Source: Bdellovibrionales bacterium
Lineage (GTDB): Bacteria > Bdellovibrionota > Bdellovibrionia > Bdellovibrionales > UBA840
Direction of reading: 5' to 3'
DNA: 15,490 bases
Assembly: GCA_037969075.1 (NCBI GenBank)
Contig: JBBKWS010000100.1
Coordinates: forward strand, 1-15,490
Positions 1 through 7,092 of this stretch are shown here, one piece after another. Numbering within the stretch: position 1 is the stretch's first letter; every line of letters begins with the position of its first letter. A model generated the notes under the pieces. That model was not told where the DNA came from, searched no databases, and saw only the letters and a program-made list of their open reading frames with translations. The position numbers and the translations under genes were made by a program.

Positions 1-15
1 GTGTTCAACCAAAGA

Positions 16-97
16 ATTATGGATAATCTCCGTAGAATATACACCAGTGGGTTGGTGTCTGCGGGTGGGAAATGATTTCCCAGAAAAAACTTAGGAG
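16..97 (+). promoter_or_regulatory. Structured 5' leader of the flagellin gene: three hairpins plus Shine-Dalgarno
   Basis: Inverted repeats ATTA-TGGA-TAAT (16-27), ACACCA-GTGGGT-TGGTGT (41-58) and TGGGAAA-TGA-TTTCCCA (66-82). AGGAG at 93-97 lies 8 nt before ATG 106. The promoter is presumably upstream of the window. Confidence 0.5.
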
Positions 98-105
98 ACT
101 CTTTT

Positions 106-939
106 ATGGGTTTACGTATTTCAACAAACATCGCATCTATTAATGCGCAAAAATCACTAGCTACTTCTCAAAGAGAAATAGAAAAAAGTTATGCACAGCT
201 ATCATCTGGTAGCCGTATTACAAAATCAGCCGACGATGCTGCCGGTTTAGCGTTAAGTGAATTCTTACGCGGTCAGATTGGTGGATTTGAAGTTGCAAAA
301 AGAAACGCAATGGATGGTCAGTCAATGATTCAAGTAGCAGAAGGTGGTTTAAACGAAGTATCTAATATTATGGTACGACTTAGAGAGCTAGCAGTACAAG
401 CTGCATCTGATTCTGTAGGTGAAACTGAAAGAGGCTTCTTAAATAAAGAAGTACAGCAAATTTCTCAAGAATTAGATCGTATTGCGCAAACTACAAAATT
501 TGGTAGTGCATCAATGCTAGACGGTTCTGGATCAGAGTTTGAATTTCAAGTTGGTATAAATAACGATGAATTTAAAGATAGAATCTCATTTAATGCAGGT
601 GACTTCGATGTTCGCTTAGGAACATTAGAGTTAGATGGTTTAGATTACACTACAAAAGATGGTGCTCGTGAAGCATTAGAAGTAATAGATACTGCTCAGT
701 ATTCAGTAAATGGTCACAGAGCTACACTAGGAGCTTTGCAAAATAGATTGATATCTACACAAAGTAATCTATCAAATGCAATTGAGAATGTGTCATCTGC
801 AAACTCACGAATTCGTGATGCTGATATCGCACAATCATCTGCAGATTTAACAAAAAACCAAGTGTTAAATCAAGCAACACAGTCGGTATTAGCACAAGCT
901 AACCAATCTACTGCTGGAGCATTGCGTTTAATTGGATAA
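106..939 (+). CDS. fliC: Flagellin, 277 aa, minimal type
   Basis: Flagellin N-terminal motifs (RISTNIAS, LSSGSRITKSADDAAGLA, IQVAEGGL) and C-terminal motifs (RATLGALQNRL, SRIRDAD, VLAQANQ). Good SD. Confidence 0.98.
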   Translation: MGLRISTNIASINAQKSLATSQREIEKSYAQLSSGSRITKSADDAAGLALSEFLRGQIGGFEVAKRNAMDGQSMIQVAEGGLNEVSNIMVRLRELAVQAASDSVGETERGFLNKEVQQISQELDRIAQTTKFGSASMLDGSGSEFEFQVGINNDEFKDRISFNAGDFDVRLGTLELDGLDYTTKDGAREALEVIDTAQYSVNGHRATLGALQNRLISTQSNLSNAIENVSSANSRIRDADIAQSSADLTKNQVLNQATQSVLAQANQSTAGALRLIG

Positions 940-1026
940 TTATTAAAAATATTAACTACGAGAGTCTCAAAATATTTTCGTAGCCAACCCACCCGAGGAC
1001 TAGTTCCTCGGGGCATTTGGGCAAAA

Positions 1027-1058
1027 GGAGTTAGGCTAAGGTCTAACTTTCTCATTTT
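1027..1058 (+). terminator. Probable intrinsic terminator after fliC
   Basis: Stem GGAGTTAGGC / GTCTAACTTT (10 bp including G-U pairs), loop TAAG, followed by CTCATTTT. Two more hairpins precede it (956-983, 992-1012). Confidence 0.55.
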
Positions 1059-1061
1059 GTG

Positions 1062-1088
1062 TCATACAATTCTTTCAATTGCCGATAA
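1062..1088 (+). promoter_or_regulatory. sigma28 (FliA) promoter of flaG
   Basis: Perfect FliA -10 box GCCGATAA at 1081-1088. At the 15-nt spacing the -35 position reads TCAT (1062-1065), only a partial match to TAAA. Flagellar context. Confidence 0.7.
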
Positions 1089-1095
1089 GTAGTAC

Positions 1096-1458
1096 ATGAA
1101 TATCAAAGGCGTAAAATCTGCGATAGCTTATGATCTTATAAAGATTAAAGAGCAACAAAAAAAATCAGAGCAAACTTCTGACCGAGATGCCAACGGGCAA
1201 ATGCCGCATGGGGAACAAGAGAAGAAAAAATTTACTGAGGATGATATCAAGGCCGCAGTAGAAAAAATGAAAAACTTCGAAGGCATTAAAAGTAATAATT
1301 TAAGCGTTAGATATGAAGCGGTAGAAGATATATACGTGGTCTATGTCGAAGATATGACAGGTAAAATCGTCAGACGCATACCTGAGTCCGATCTAGTTTC
1401 CTTCTTAAATCAAGATGAAATCAAGCCTTCAGGCCATATTTTGAACCGCGCGCTTTAA
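1096..1458 (+). CDS. flaG: FlaG family flagellar protein
   Basis: 120 aa between fliC and fliD. C-terminal YVVYVEDMTGKIVRRIP resembles the FlaG V-x-D-x-x-tGevIrqIP motif. Confidence 0.82.
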   Translation: MNIKGVKSAIAYDLIKIKEQQKKSEQTSDRDANGQMPHGEQEKKKFTEDDIKAAVEKMKNFEGIKSNNLSVRYEAVEDIYVVYVEDMTGKIVRRIPESDLVSFLNQDEIKPSGHILNRAL

Positions 1459-1533
1459 AATCCCATACCATTCTACAGAAAATCCAGTGACATATTATTG
1501 ACTCACTAATTATACGTTTTTGAGAGATAATAT

Positions 1534-1575
1534 AAGTATATTCAGGATGAATACTTTTAGTATCAGGAGGATACT
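1534..1575 (+). promoter_or_regulatory. Two tandem GGA-loop hairpins (CsrA-type sites), the second containing the fliD RBS
   Basis: TATTCA-GGA-TGAATA (1539-1553) and AGTATC-AGGAG-GATACT (1559-1575). SD AGGAGG at 1565-1570. Confidence 0.6.
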
Positions 1576-2931
1576 TTGGGAATGAGTTTCGGAATAGGCA
1601 GCGCTTCTGGCTTACCATCTAACATTGTGGAACAGCTAATGGAGATAGAAAGGATGCCTATTAACAATTTAGAAGATCGTAAAACGAAGACTAGCGCAAA
1701 GCTAACTCTCGTGGATGATCTTGATGGCAAACTCAAAGCCATTCGTGAATCTATTGGTAGCTTAGCAAGTACCAGGGGATTTACAGATTACAAGTTGATG
1801 TCTGCAGATGACAAAATCGTATCCGGAACAGTAGACCCCAATAATGCCATCACTGGATCTTGGAATCTAGAGGTGCTACAGCTAGCTGAAAAAGCTTCTG
1901 CTATATCAAATGGGTTTCCTGATAAGGATGAAACTGAAGTTGGAGTAGGTTATTTAAAATTTGATACAGAAGATGGTATAAAAGAGGTTTATGTTGGCGG
2001 TGAAAACACAACTCTAACAGGGTTAGCGCAAGCGATAAACAATGCTGGTGTTGGTATGCAAGCCTCTGTTGTTACAGATAAGGCAGACAGTGATAACCCT
2101 TACAGATTAATTTTATCAGGCAGAGGTGTTGGTGGAGACAATAAAATTGATTTTCCGACAATATACTTACTTGATGGTGATCAGGATTTTTACTTTGATG
2201 AAAGTCGTGAAGCTAAAAATGGTAAAGTAAAATTAGATGGATTTGAAATTGAAGTTCCGCAAAACACACTGGAAGATTTAGTTCCTGGGTTAGTGATTGA
2301 TTTAAAGCAAGCAGCTCCTGGGAAAATAATTAACCTAACAGTGCAAGAAGATAGAGAGATGGTAGCTGGTAAGGCAAAAGGATTTGTTGAGTCAGTAAAT
2401 GCCGTTTTAGCGTTTATTCAAAAGCAAAATGCTCTCAATGAAAAATCAGACACATCAAGAACTCTTGGTGGGGACCAGGTGTTAAGAACCGTAGAGATGC
2501 GATTAAGAAACTTGCTACAGGGGTCGGTAGTTGGTGCTGGACCAATCCAGAATTTAAGCCAAGTTGGCATTACGTTTAACCGCTCAGGTACACTAGATTT
2601 CAGCCAAGAAAAATTTAACACCGTATTGGCTAAAACCCCAAACGATGTACAAAAGTTTTTAGCTGGTGATGGAGTAGCGACAGGATTTATTCCAAAATTA
2701 AGAACCACAGTAAATGGTTTAATGGATAATTTCTATGGGCCGGTAGCAAACAAGCGTAAAAGTTTGCAATCAGAGATTGATAGAGCGGATCAAAGAATAG
2801 AAAGCAAAGAAAGACATTTAGCAACTAAAGAGCAATCACTAAAACGAAAATTTGCTAGTTTAGAAGAAACCATGAGTCGTTTGCAAGGGCAGGCGTCTAT
2901 GGTTCAAGCTAAACTAGGTGGAACCGGCTAG
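1576..2931 (+). CDS. fliD: Flagellar filament capping protein
   Basis: N-terminal GIGSASGL..IVEQLMEIER, LEVLQLA, C-terminal LKRKFASLEETMSRLQ. Located upstream of fliS. TTG start 5 nt after AGGAGG (alternative ATG at 1582). Confidence 0.96.
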   Translation: MGMSFGIGSASGLPSNIVEQLMEIERMPINNLEDRKTKTSAKLTLVDDLDGKLKAIRESIGSLASTRGFTDYKLMSADDKIVSGTVDPNNAITGSWNLEVLQLAEKASAISNGFPDKDETEVGVGYLKFDTEDGIKEVYVGGENTTLTGLAQAINNAGVGMQASVVTDKADSDNPYRLILSGRGVGGDNKIDFPTIYLLDGDQDFYFDESREAKNGKVKLDGFEIEVPQNTLEDLVPGLVIDLKQAAPGKIINLTVQEDREMVAGKAKGFVESVNAVLAFIQKQNALNEKSDTSRTLGGDQVLRTVEMRLRNLLQGSVVGAGPIQNLSQVGITFNRSGTLDFSQEKFNTVLAKTPNDVQKFLAGDGVATGFIPKLRTTVNGLMDNFYGPVANKRKSLQSEIDRADQRIESKERHLATKEQSLKRKFASLEETMSRLQGQASMVQAKLGGTG

Positions 2932-2939
2932 GAGATTAG

Positions 2940-3332
2940 ATGAGCCAAAATGGATACAGTAAATATAAAACGACATCCGTCACAAGTGCTAGTAGAGAGA
3001 AGCTTCTGCTAATGCTTTATGAGGGAGCCATTAAATTTACTAAGCAGGCGAAGTCCGCGATGATTGAAAAGAAAATCGCTGAGAAAGGTCTTTGTATAGG
3101 TAAAGCCTTCGATATAGTTATGGAGCTAAATAATACTCTCGATCATAAAGTTGGCGGCGATTTAGCCAAACAATTAGAACAGTTGTACATGTTTATAACG
3201 GATCAATTTACGCAAGCAAATATAACAAACGACCCTAAGTATTTAGATAATGCATTAAGTGTTTTAAATACTTTATACGATGGTTGGGTACAGGCAGTTG
3301 AACAAATTAAAAAAGCATCTGGGGGTAAATAA
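2940..3332 (+). CDS. fliS: Flagellin export chaperone
   Basis: Y..TSVTSAS.EKLLLMLYEGAIKF, ELNNTLD, LAKQLEQLY, LYDGW: FliS signature. AGGAG SD overlaps the fliD stop. Confidence 0.96.
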   Translation: MSQNGYSKYKTTSVTSASREKLLLMLYEGAIKFTKQAKSAMIEKKIAEKGLCIGKAFDIVMELNNTLDHKVGGDLAKQLEQLYMFITDQFTQANITNDPKYLDNALSVLNTLYDGWVQAVEQIKKASGGK

Positions 3333-3742
3333 TGCAGTCATGTTTAGAGTTATTAGCTGAAGTGAATCAAGTTCTTATGCGTTTACATGAAGTAAATAAA
3401 GATATGATCTCGCATATTAGGCATGGAAATGCAGACAAAGTAGAGCTCCATGTGGATAAGAGGCAGGCGTTATTAGAAATGCTAGATGTTTTGGATGAGT
3501 ATTTAGAGGCTGCTATTGATACAAAAAAGTATCACGATGACCTGCCTGGTATAAATAAAGAAATTGGTCTTCGCAAAGAATTATTAGAATCTGTGTTCTC
3601 ACAAGAGATAGATGTACATAAATTATTAGAAGTAGAAAAACAAAAGGTCTTATTAGAACTACAATCCATACAAAAAAATAGAAAAGTAGTGTCTGCTTAT
3701 AAAAGTGGAAACAAAAAAACAAAAGTGGATAAAGAGATCTAG
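3332..3742 (+). CDS. FliT-like helical flagellar chaperone
   Basis: 136 aa, all-helical and charged, TAATG-coupled to fliS. KRQALLE and C-terminal AY...VDK resemble FliT-type proteins. Position after fliS. Confidence 0.6.
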   Translation: MQSCLELLAEVNQVLMRLHEVNKDMISHIRHGNADKVELHVDKRQALLEMLDVLDEYLEAAIDTKKYHDDLPGINKEIGLRKELLESVFSQEIDVHKLLEVEKQKVLLELQSIQKNRKVVSAYKSGNKKTKVDKEI

Positions 3743-3759
3743 CTCTTGGTCCTGTCAAT

Positions 3760-3798
3760 CGAATGGCTTTTGGCGCCTATAAAGTCAAAAGCCAATCG
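3760..3798 (+). terminator. Inverted repeat after the fliT-like gene (possible terminator or protein-binding site)
   Basis: TGGCTTTTGGC (3764-3774) pairs with GTCAAAAGCCA (3784-3794), extendable by CGA/TCG. No good U-tract. Confidence 0.4.
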
Positions 3799-3837
3799 CT
3801 AATTTGTAATCACATTAAATCTGGCGCATTATATAGT

Positions 3838-3853
3838 TGGCACTATGATTGCT
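3838..3853 (+). promoter_or_regulatory. sigma54 (RpoN) -24/-12 promoter
   Basis: TGGCAC-TATGA-TTGCT with GG (3839-3840) and GC (3851-3852) exactly 10 nt apart. Intergenic, with SD AAGGAG at 3873-3878 and GTG at 3885 downstream. Confidence 0.85.
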
Positions 3854-3884
3854 CTAATTACTGAGGTAAGCCAAGGAGCGGTTT

Positions 3885-4829
3885 GTGTATCAAGACTTAA
3901 GTGTAATACCAGAAATTCCAGTAGCACCATCGCAAATGGACCCGTTGTATGAAGCGGCAGAAGTGCTGTACAGTCATAACGATTATGAAAGCTTAAAAAA
4001 AATCGCTGCAAATATTCTTCAGCGTGATTCAAAGCAGGCAAGAGCTATTTTTTACCTTTGTAAATATTTTGAGAATCATAGCCAGTATGCTAATCAGGAA
4101 AAGTGTCTAGAAAAATTGTTGCAGTTAGAGTTGAATGCAAAGAACGTATTTGAATATGCTAATTTCTTATATGGAAGAGATCGATTAGACGAAGCCATAC
4201 AAATTATCCAAGAAAATATTAATGATATAAAAAATGAGAAAGAGGAAGATTTTTTTGATTTGTATAGAATTATGGGAAATATTAGCTTGAAGTCAGCTGA
4301 TGCAGATACTGCAGAAGAATACTATAATATTTGTTTACGCATAAATCCTAATTCAGATGTTGTATTCACTAATTTGGGTAGTTTGTCTTTGCATAAAGGT
4401 AATTACTCAAAATCGATTGAGCTGTACAAAAAAGCAATTACTATTAATCCAAAAAATAACAAAGCGTGGCTGGGTCTTGCTATATGTCACCTTAGTCAAA
4501 AGGACTCTCAATTATTTTGGGGAAATATACGTAATGCCATTGAGTGTTCACCATATGACGCTAAAACTATAGAGATAGCATTACATCAGGCTCTTTCAGA
4601 TTTTGAATATGAAATTGCTATCAGTTCAGCGGAAGTGTATTTGCAAAAGCATCCGTTTGATTTGAAAGTTTCTACTCAATTTGCAACATTACTATTTCAA
4701 GTTGGCGATTTTAAGAAGGCTACGCTTGAGGTGACAAAAATATTATCGTTTGAACCAAATAATGAAGATGCGAACCGAATATATTCTTTAATAGAGGCAG
4801 AAAATGGTAAAGTGGCAAACCAACGATAG
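3885..4829 (+). CDS. Tetratricopeptide repeat protein
   Basis: Repeated TPR patterns (AEEYYNICLRINPNSDVVFTNLGSL, SIELYKKAITINPKNNKAWLGLA, KILSFEPNNEDA). GTG start with SD. Confidence 0.9.
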   Translation: MYQDLSVIPEIPVAPSQMDPLYEAAEVLYSHNDYESLKKIAANILQRDSKQARAIFYLCKYFENHSQYANQEKCLEKLLQLELNAKNVFEYANFLYGRDRLDEAIQIIQENINDIKNEKEEDFFDLYRIMGNISLKSADADTAEEYYNICLRINPNSDVVFTNLGSLSLHKGNYSKSIELYKKAITINPKNNKAWLGLAICHLSQKDSQLFWGNIRNAIECSPYDAKTIEIALHQALSDFEYEIAISSAEVYLQKHPFDLKVSTQFATLLFQVGDFKKATLEVTKILSFEPNNEDANRIYSLIEAENGKVANQR

Positions 4830-5409
4830 CGGGATGGCCATACCTTATATAGAAGGTAAGCCACTTTGTTCTAAAGTAAACCCTGACAGAGAGGCAAAAG
4901 CCTGGGCTGAAAGAGCTGTGGGAAGATTATATAAGTCTACCGACACACTTATTATATTGGGTTATGGAGCGGGATATCATGTTGAGGAGCTTCGAAAAAT
5001 AACAAAACACAATATTGTTGTCTTTGAAGTGATAGAAGAAATAGTTAGCTCTGCCCTAGAAGATAAGCAACTTAAAGTAATTTTTTTTAGCAAGGTAGAT
5101 GATGTTCTTAAGAATATTAAATTAAAAGATATGTTTTCTAAAAAATTTCAAGTTCTACAACATTATCCATCCACGAGCCCATTTCTTGGTGAATATGAAT
5201 CAATACGTCATGCAATAACTGCCAGAGAGCGTAGTGCGTTCAAGACACAAGTGGATCTTCATTTACCTAGTCCGCTATTGGCTAATATGAATTTTTCAGA
5301 AAGTGACGAGCTGTTAACGGCAAAAGATATTTCTACTCATTTAACGCAAAGTAAAACTAGTAATCCAAAATCATATATTTGGAAGATATTAGGAGATCTA
5401 TTAAAATGA
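4804..5409 (+). CDS. Stand-alone protein resembling the N-terminal domain of Maf (motility-associated factor) flagellin glycosyltransferases
   Basis: LCSKVNPDREAKAW...LIILGYGAGYHV...IVVFE matches the lhS..dP.rEA..w / GfGlGYh / v.vyE pattern I recognise from Maf N-termini. Only 201 aa, with no GPSL catalytic-domain motif. Confidence 0.65.
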   Translation: MVKWQTNDSGMAIPYIEGKPLCSKVNPDREAKAWAERAVGRLYKSTDTLIILGYGAGYHVEELRKITKHNIVVFEVIEEIVSSALEDKQLKVIFFSKVDDVLKNIKLKDMFSKKFQVLQHYPSTSPFLGEYESIRHAITARERSAFKTQVDLHLPSPLLANMNFSESDELLTAKDISTHLTQSKTSNPKSYIWKILGDLLK

Positions 5410-6965
5410 ATATTCTCTTTATTAATACATTAAGACTTGGTGACACACTGATGAGTTGGCACTTGATCCGCGGCTTACAGAATAAATATAAATCAGCTGA
5501 AATAGATTACTTAACGTTTGATAATTCAAAAGTATTATTACCAATGTTACAAGATGATGTGAACTTTTATTTTCTACCAAGAACACAATTACAAGAGATG
5601 TGCGCAGATGTGGATATCAGTATATTCAGGGCGTATGATGAACTAGAAAAAGAGCTTAAACCACTTATGTCGAAAAAGTACGACTTAATTGTTAACTATA
5701 GTAATACTAAAATAAGTACTAATTTAGCTTCTATGTTTAATGGCACTGAAATCATTGGAACGCACTACAATAATCAAAAAATAATTAATTATGGTTCCAA
5801 ATGGATTGAGTACTTAGATCTTAAGTCAACGACTAAGCAGGGAGGGTACTTTCACTTTAATGAAATATTCGCCAATGCACTGTCTATGCAAGTGCCTGAG
5901 AATGTGACTCTAAGAGAAACTACAGCAGGGGTTGTCGAAGTTAAGAAGTATGCGCAGTCTACAAAAAAGAAATATGTACTGCAATTGTTCTCTAGTGATA
6001 AAAAGAAAGATTTCCCCAGAGAAAAACTAGATTTATTTTTAGTTGAATTAAACAAACGTCTTGATGGAGAATTTTTACTGCTATGTCTTCCTGAATCCGA
6101 CGAATTAACTATTCCTCTACCAATTAAAAATGCAAAATGGGTGCCTTGTAGTTTAGAGGGCGCTTATAGTCTAATAAAATCATCTACGGCAGTAATTAGT
6201 GTGGACACTAGCATTAAGCATTTAGCTAGTTTTACTAATGCTAAAATTATAGAGCTCTGCTTCGGTAGTAGCAGGCCGCAACAAACTGGTGCCTATAAAA
6301 GCTCTACGCTTGTGATCCAAGCAAGAGAATATTGCTACCCCTGCAAACATAGTGCAGCCTGCTCTAGAGAAGCTATATACTGTTCGCAAAAAATGGATGT
6401 AGTTGAGGTATCAGCTTTAATAGCTACTTATCTGAATAATCAAAAAATGAGTATTACTACCTCAGTGGATTATTCAACGGTGTACTTTGATGGCTCACAC
6501 TACGTGCTACAAAACACGGATTCTACAAAAGTTCGTGAATACATACTGACAAAATTATCATGGATTTACCATTTATCAGATACGTTATCTGATGAAGCGC
6601 ATGCCTTGGTTCACTTTTTTATTGAGGAAGTTTCTGGCATGAGTTTAGAGAGATTAAATCAAAATTTAATTTACCTACAACGTGAACTAGAAGATGTGTT
6701 TAGAAATTTAAAAGTAGGTGAAAGTTTAAAAAATCTCACTGACGATCAAAGATTTATAAATTTACAGGGTGTCTTGAAAAATTTAAACTTAGATTTTCAG
6801 GTTCCAGATTTTGAGGGAAGAATTGATTTTGTTCAAACTAGATTTTTGCAAAATCAGTTGCAAGATTTATTGAATTATTTAGGGTCATATAGAAAATTGA
6901 GCCAGGATATTTTAAGCGAGGCAAGGTATCATGAAAGAGCAAGTACCAACAACACAAGTATCTAA
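5406..6965 (+). CDS. Glycosyltransferase family 9 (heptosyltransferase-like) with C-terminal extension
   Basis: ILFINTLRLGD, YDLIVN, KKDFP, SVDTSIKHLA, CYPC. Start moved to ATG 5406 (ATGA overlap with the upstream stop, AGGAG at 5391-5395) instead of TTG 5379. Confidence 0.88.
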   Translation: MNILFINTLRLGDTLMSWHLIRGLQNKYKSAEIDYLTFDNSKVLLPMLQDDVNFYFLPRTQLQEMCADVDISIFRAYDELEKELKPLMSKKYDLIVNYSNTKISTNLASMFNGTEIIGTHYNNQKIINYGSKWIEYLDLKSTTKQGGYFHFNEIFANALSMQVPENVTLRETTAGVVEVKKYAQSTKKKYVLQLFSSDKKKDFPREKLDLFLVELNKRLDGEFLLLCLPESDELTIPLPIKNAKWVPCSLEGAYSLIKSSTAVISVDTSIKHLASFTNAKIIELCFGSSRPQQTGAYKSSTLVIQAREYCYPCKHSAACSREAIYCSQKMDVVEVSALIATYLNNQKMSITTSVDYSTVYFDGSHYVLQNTDSTKVREYILTKLSWIYHLSDTLSDEAHALVHFFIEEVSGMSLERLNQNLIYLQRELEDVFRNLKVGESLKNLTDDQRFINLQGVLKNLNLDFQVPDFEGRIDFVQTRFLQNQLQDLLNYLGSYRKLSQDILSEARYHERASTNNTSI

Positions 6966-7092
6966 TTTAGCAAAAGCTTTGCAAGAAGTTAGAGTGCAAG
7001 TTGCAGAAGAAATTAAAATAAATAACTTTTCTAAAAAAGCTACATTACAATTGGCATTAGCAGAGTTGATAAAGGAACAAGTGAATAAATGA
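6931..7092 (+). CDS. Small helical hypothetical protein, 53 aa (not in ORF track)
   Basis: MKEQVPTTQVSNLAKALQEVRVQVAEEIKINNFSKKATLQLALAELIKEQVNK. GAGG/AAGG upstream, fills the gap between the GT9 genes, and its TGA overlaps the next ATG (ATGA 7089-7092). Confidence 0.65.
   Translation: MKEQVPTTQVSNLAKALQEVRVQVAEEIKINNFSKKATLQLALAELIKEQVNK

Noticed and set aside
983..1050. Possible c-di-GMP-I (GEMM) riboswitch, given GCAAAAG followed by CTAAG
   Set aside because: No GNRA-capped P1 stem or upstream GGCAAAC-type junction. CTAAG forms the loop of a simple terminator-like hairpin.
1486..1531. sigma70 promoter or CRP site upstream of fliD (TTGACT, GATAAT, AGTGA...TCACT)
   Set aside because: TTGACT to GATAAT spacing is 22 nt, and the GTGA/TCAC half-sites are 12 nt apart rather than 6.
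4357..4572. 71-aa alternative-frame ORF inside the TPR gene
   Set aside because: Fully nested, no SD, no recognisable features.
5379..5405. Track start sites for GT9 #1 (5379), and likewise rsmD (11735) and RluA (15328)
   Set aside because: Family N-terminal motifs and stop/start overlaps favour 5406 and 11756. The RluA frame continues upstream through HRLD to the window edge.
6931..7092. Frameshifted or pseudogene continuation of GT9 #1
   Set aside because: GT9 #1 is already longer than a full GT9, no slippery site is evident, and the small ORF has its own ATG and SD-like sequence.
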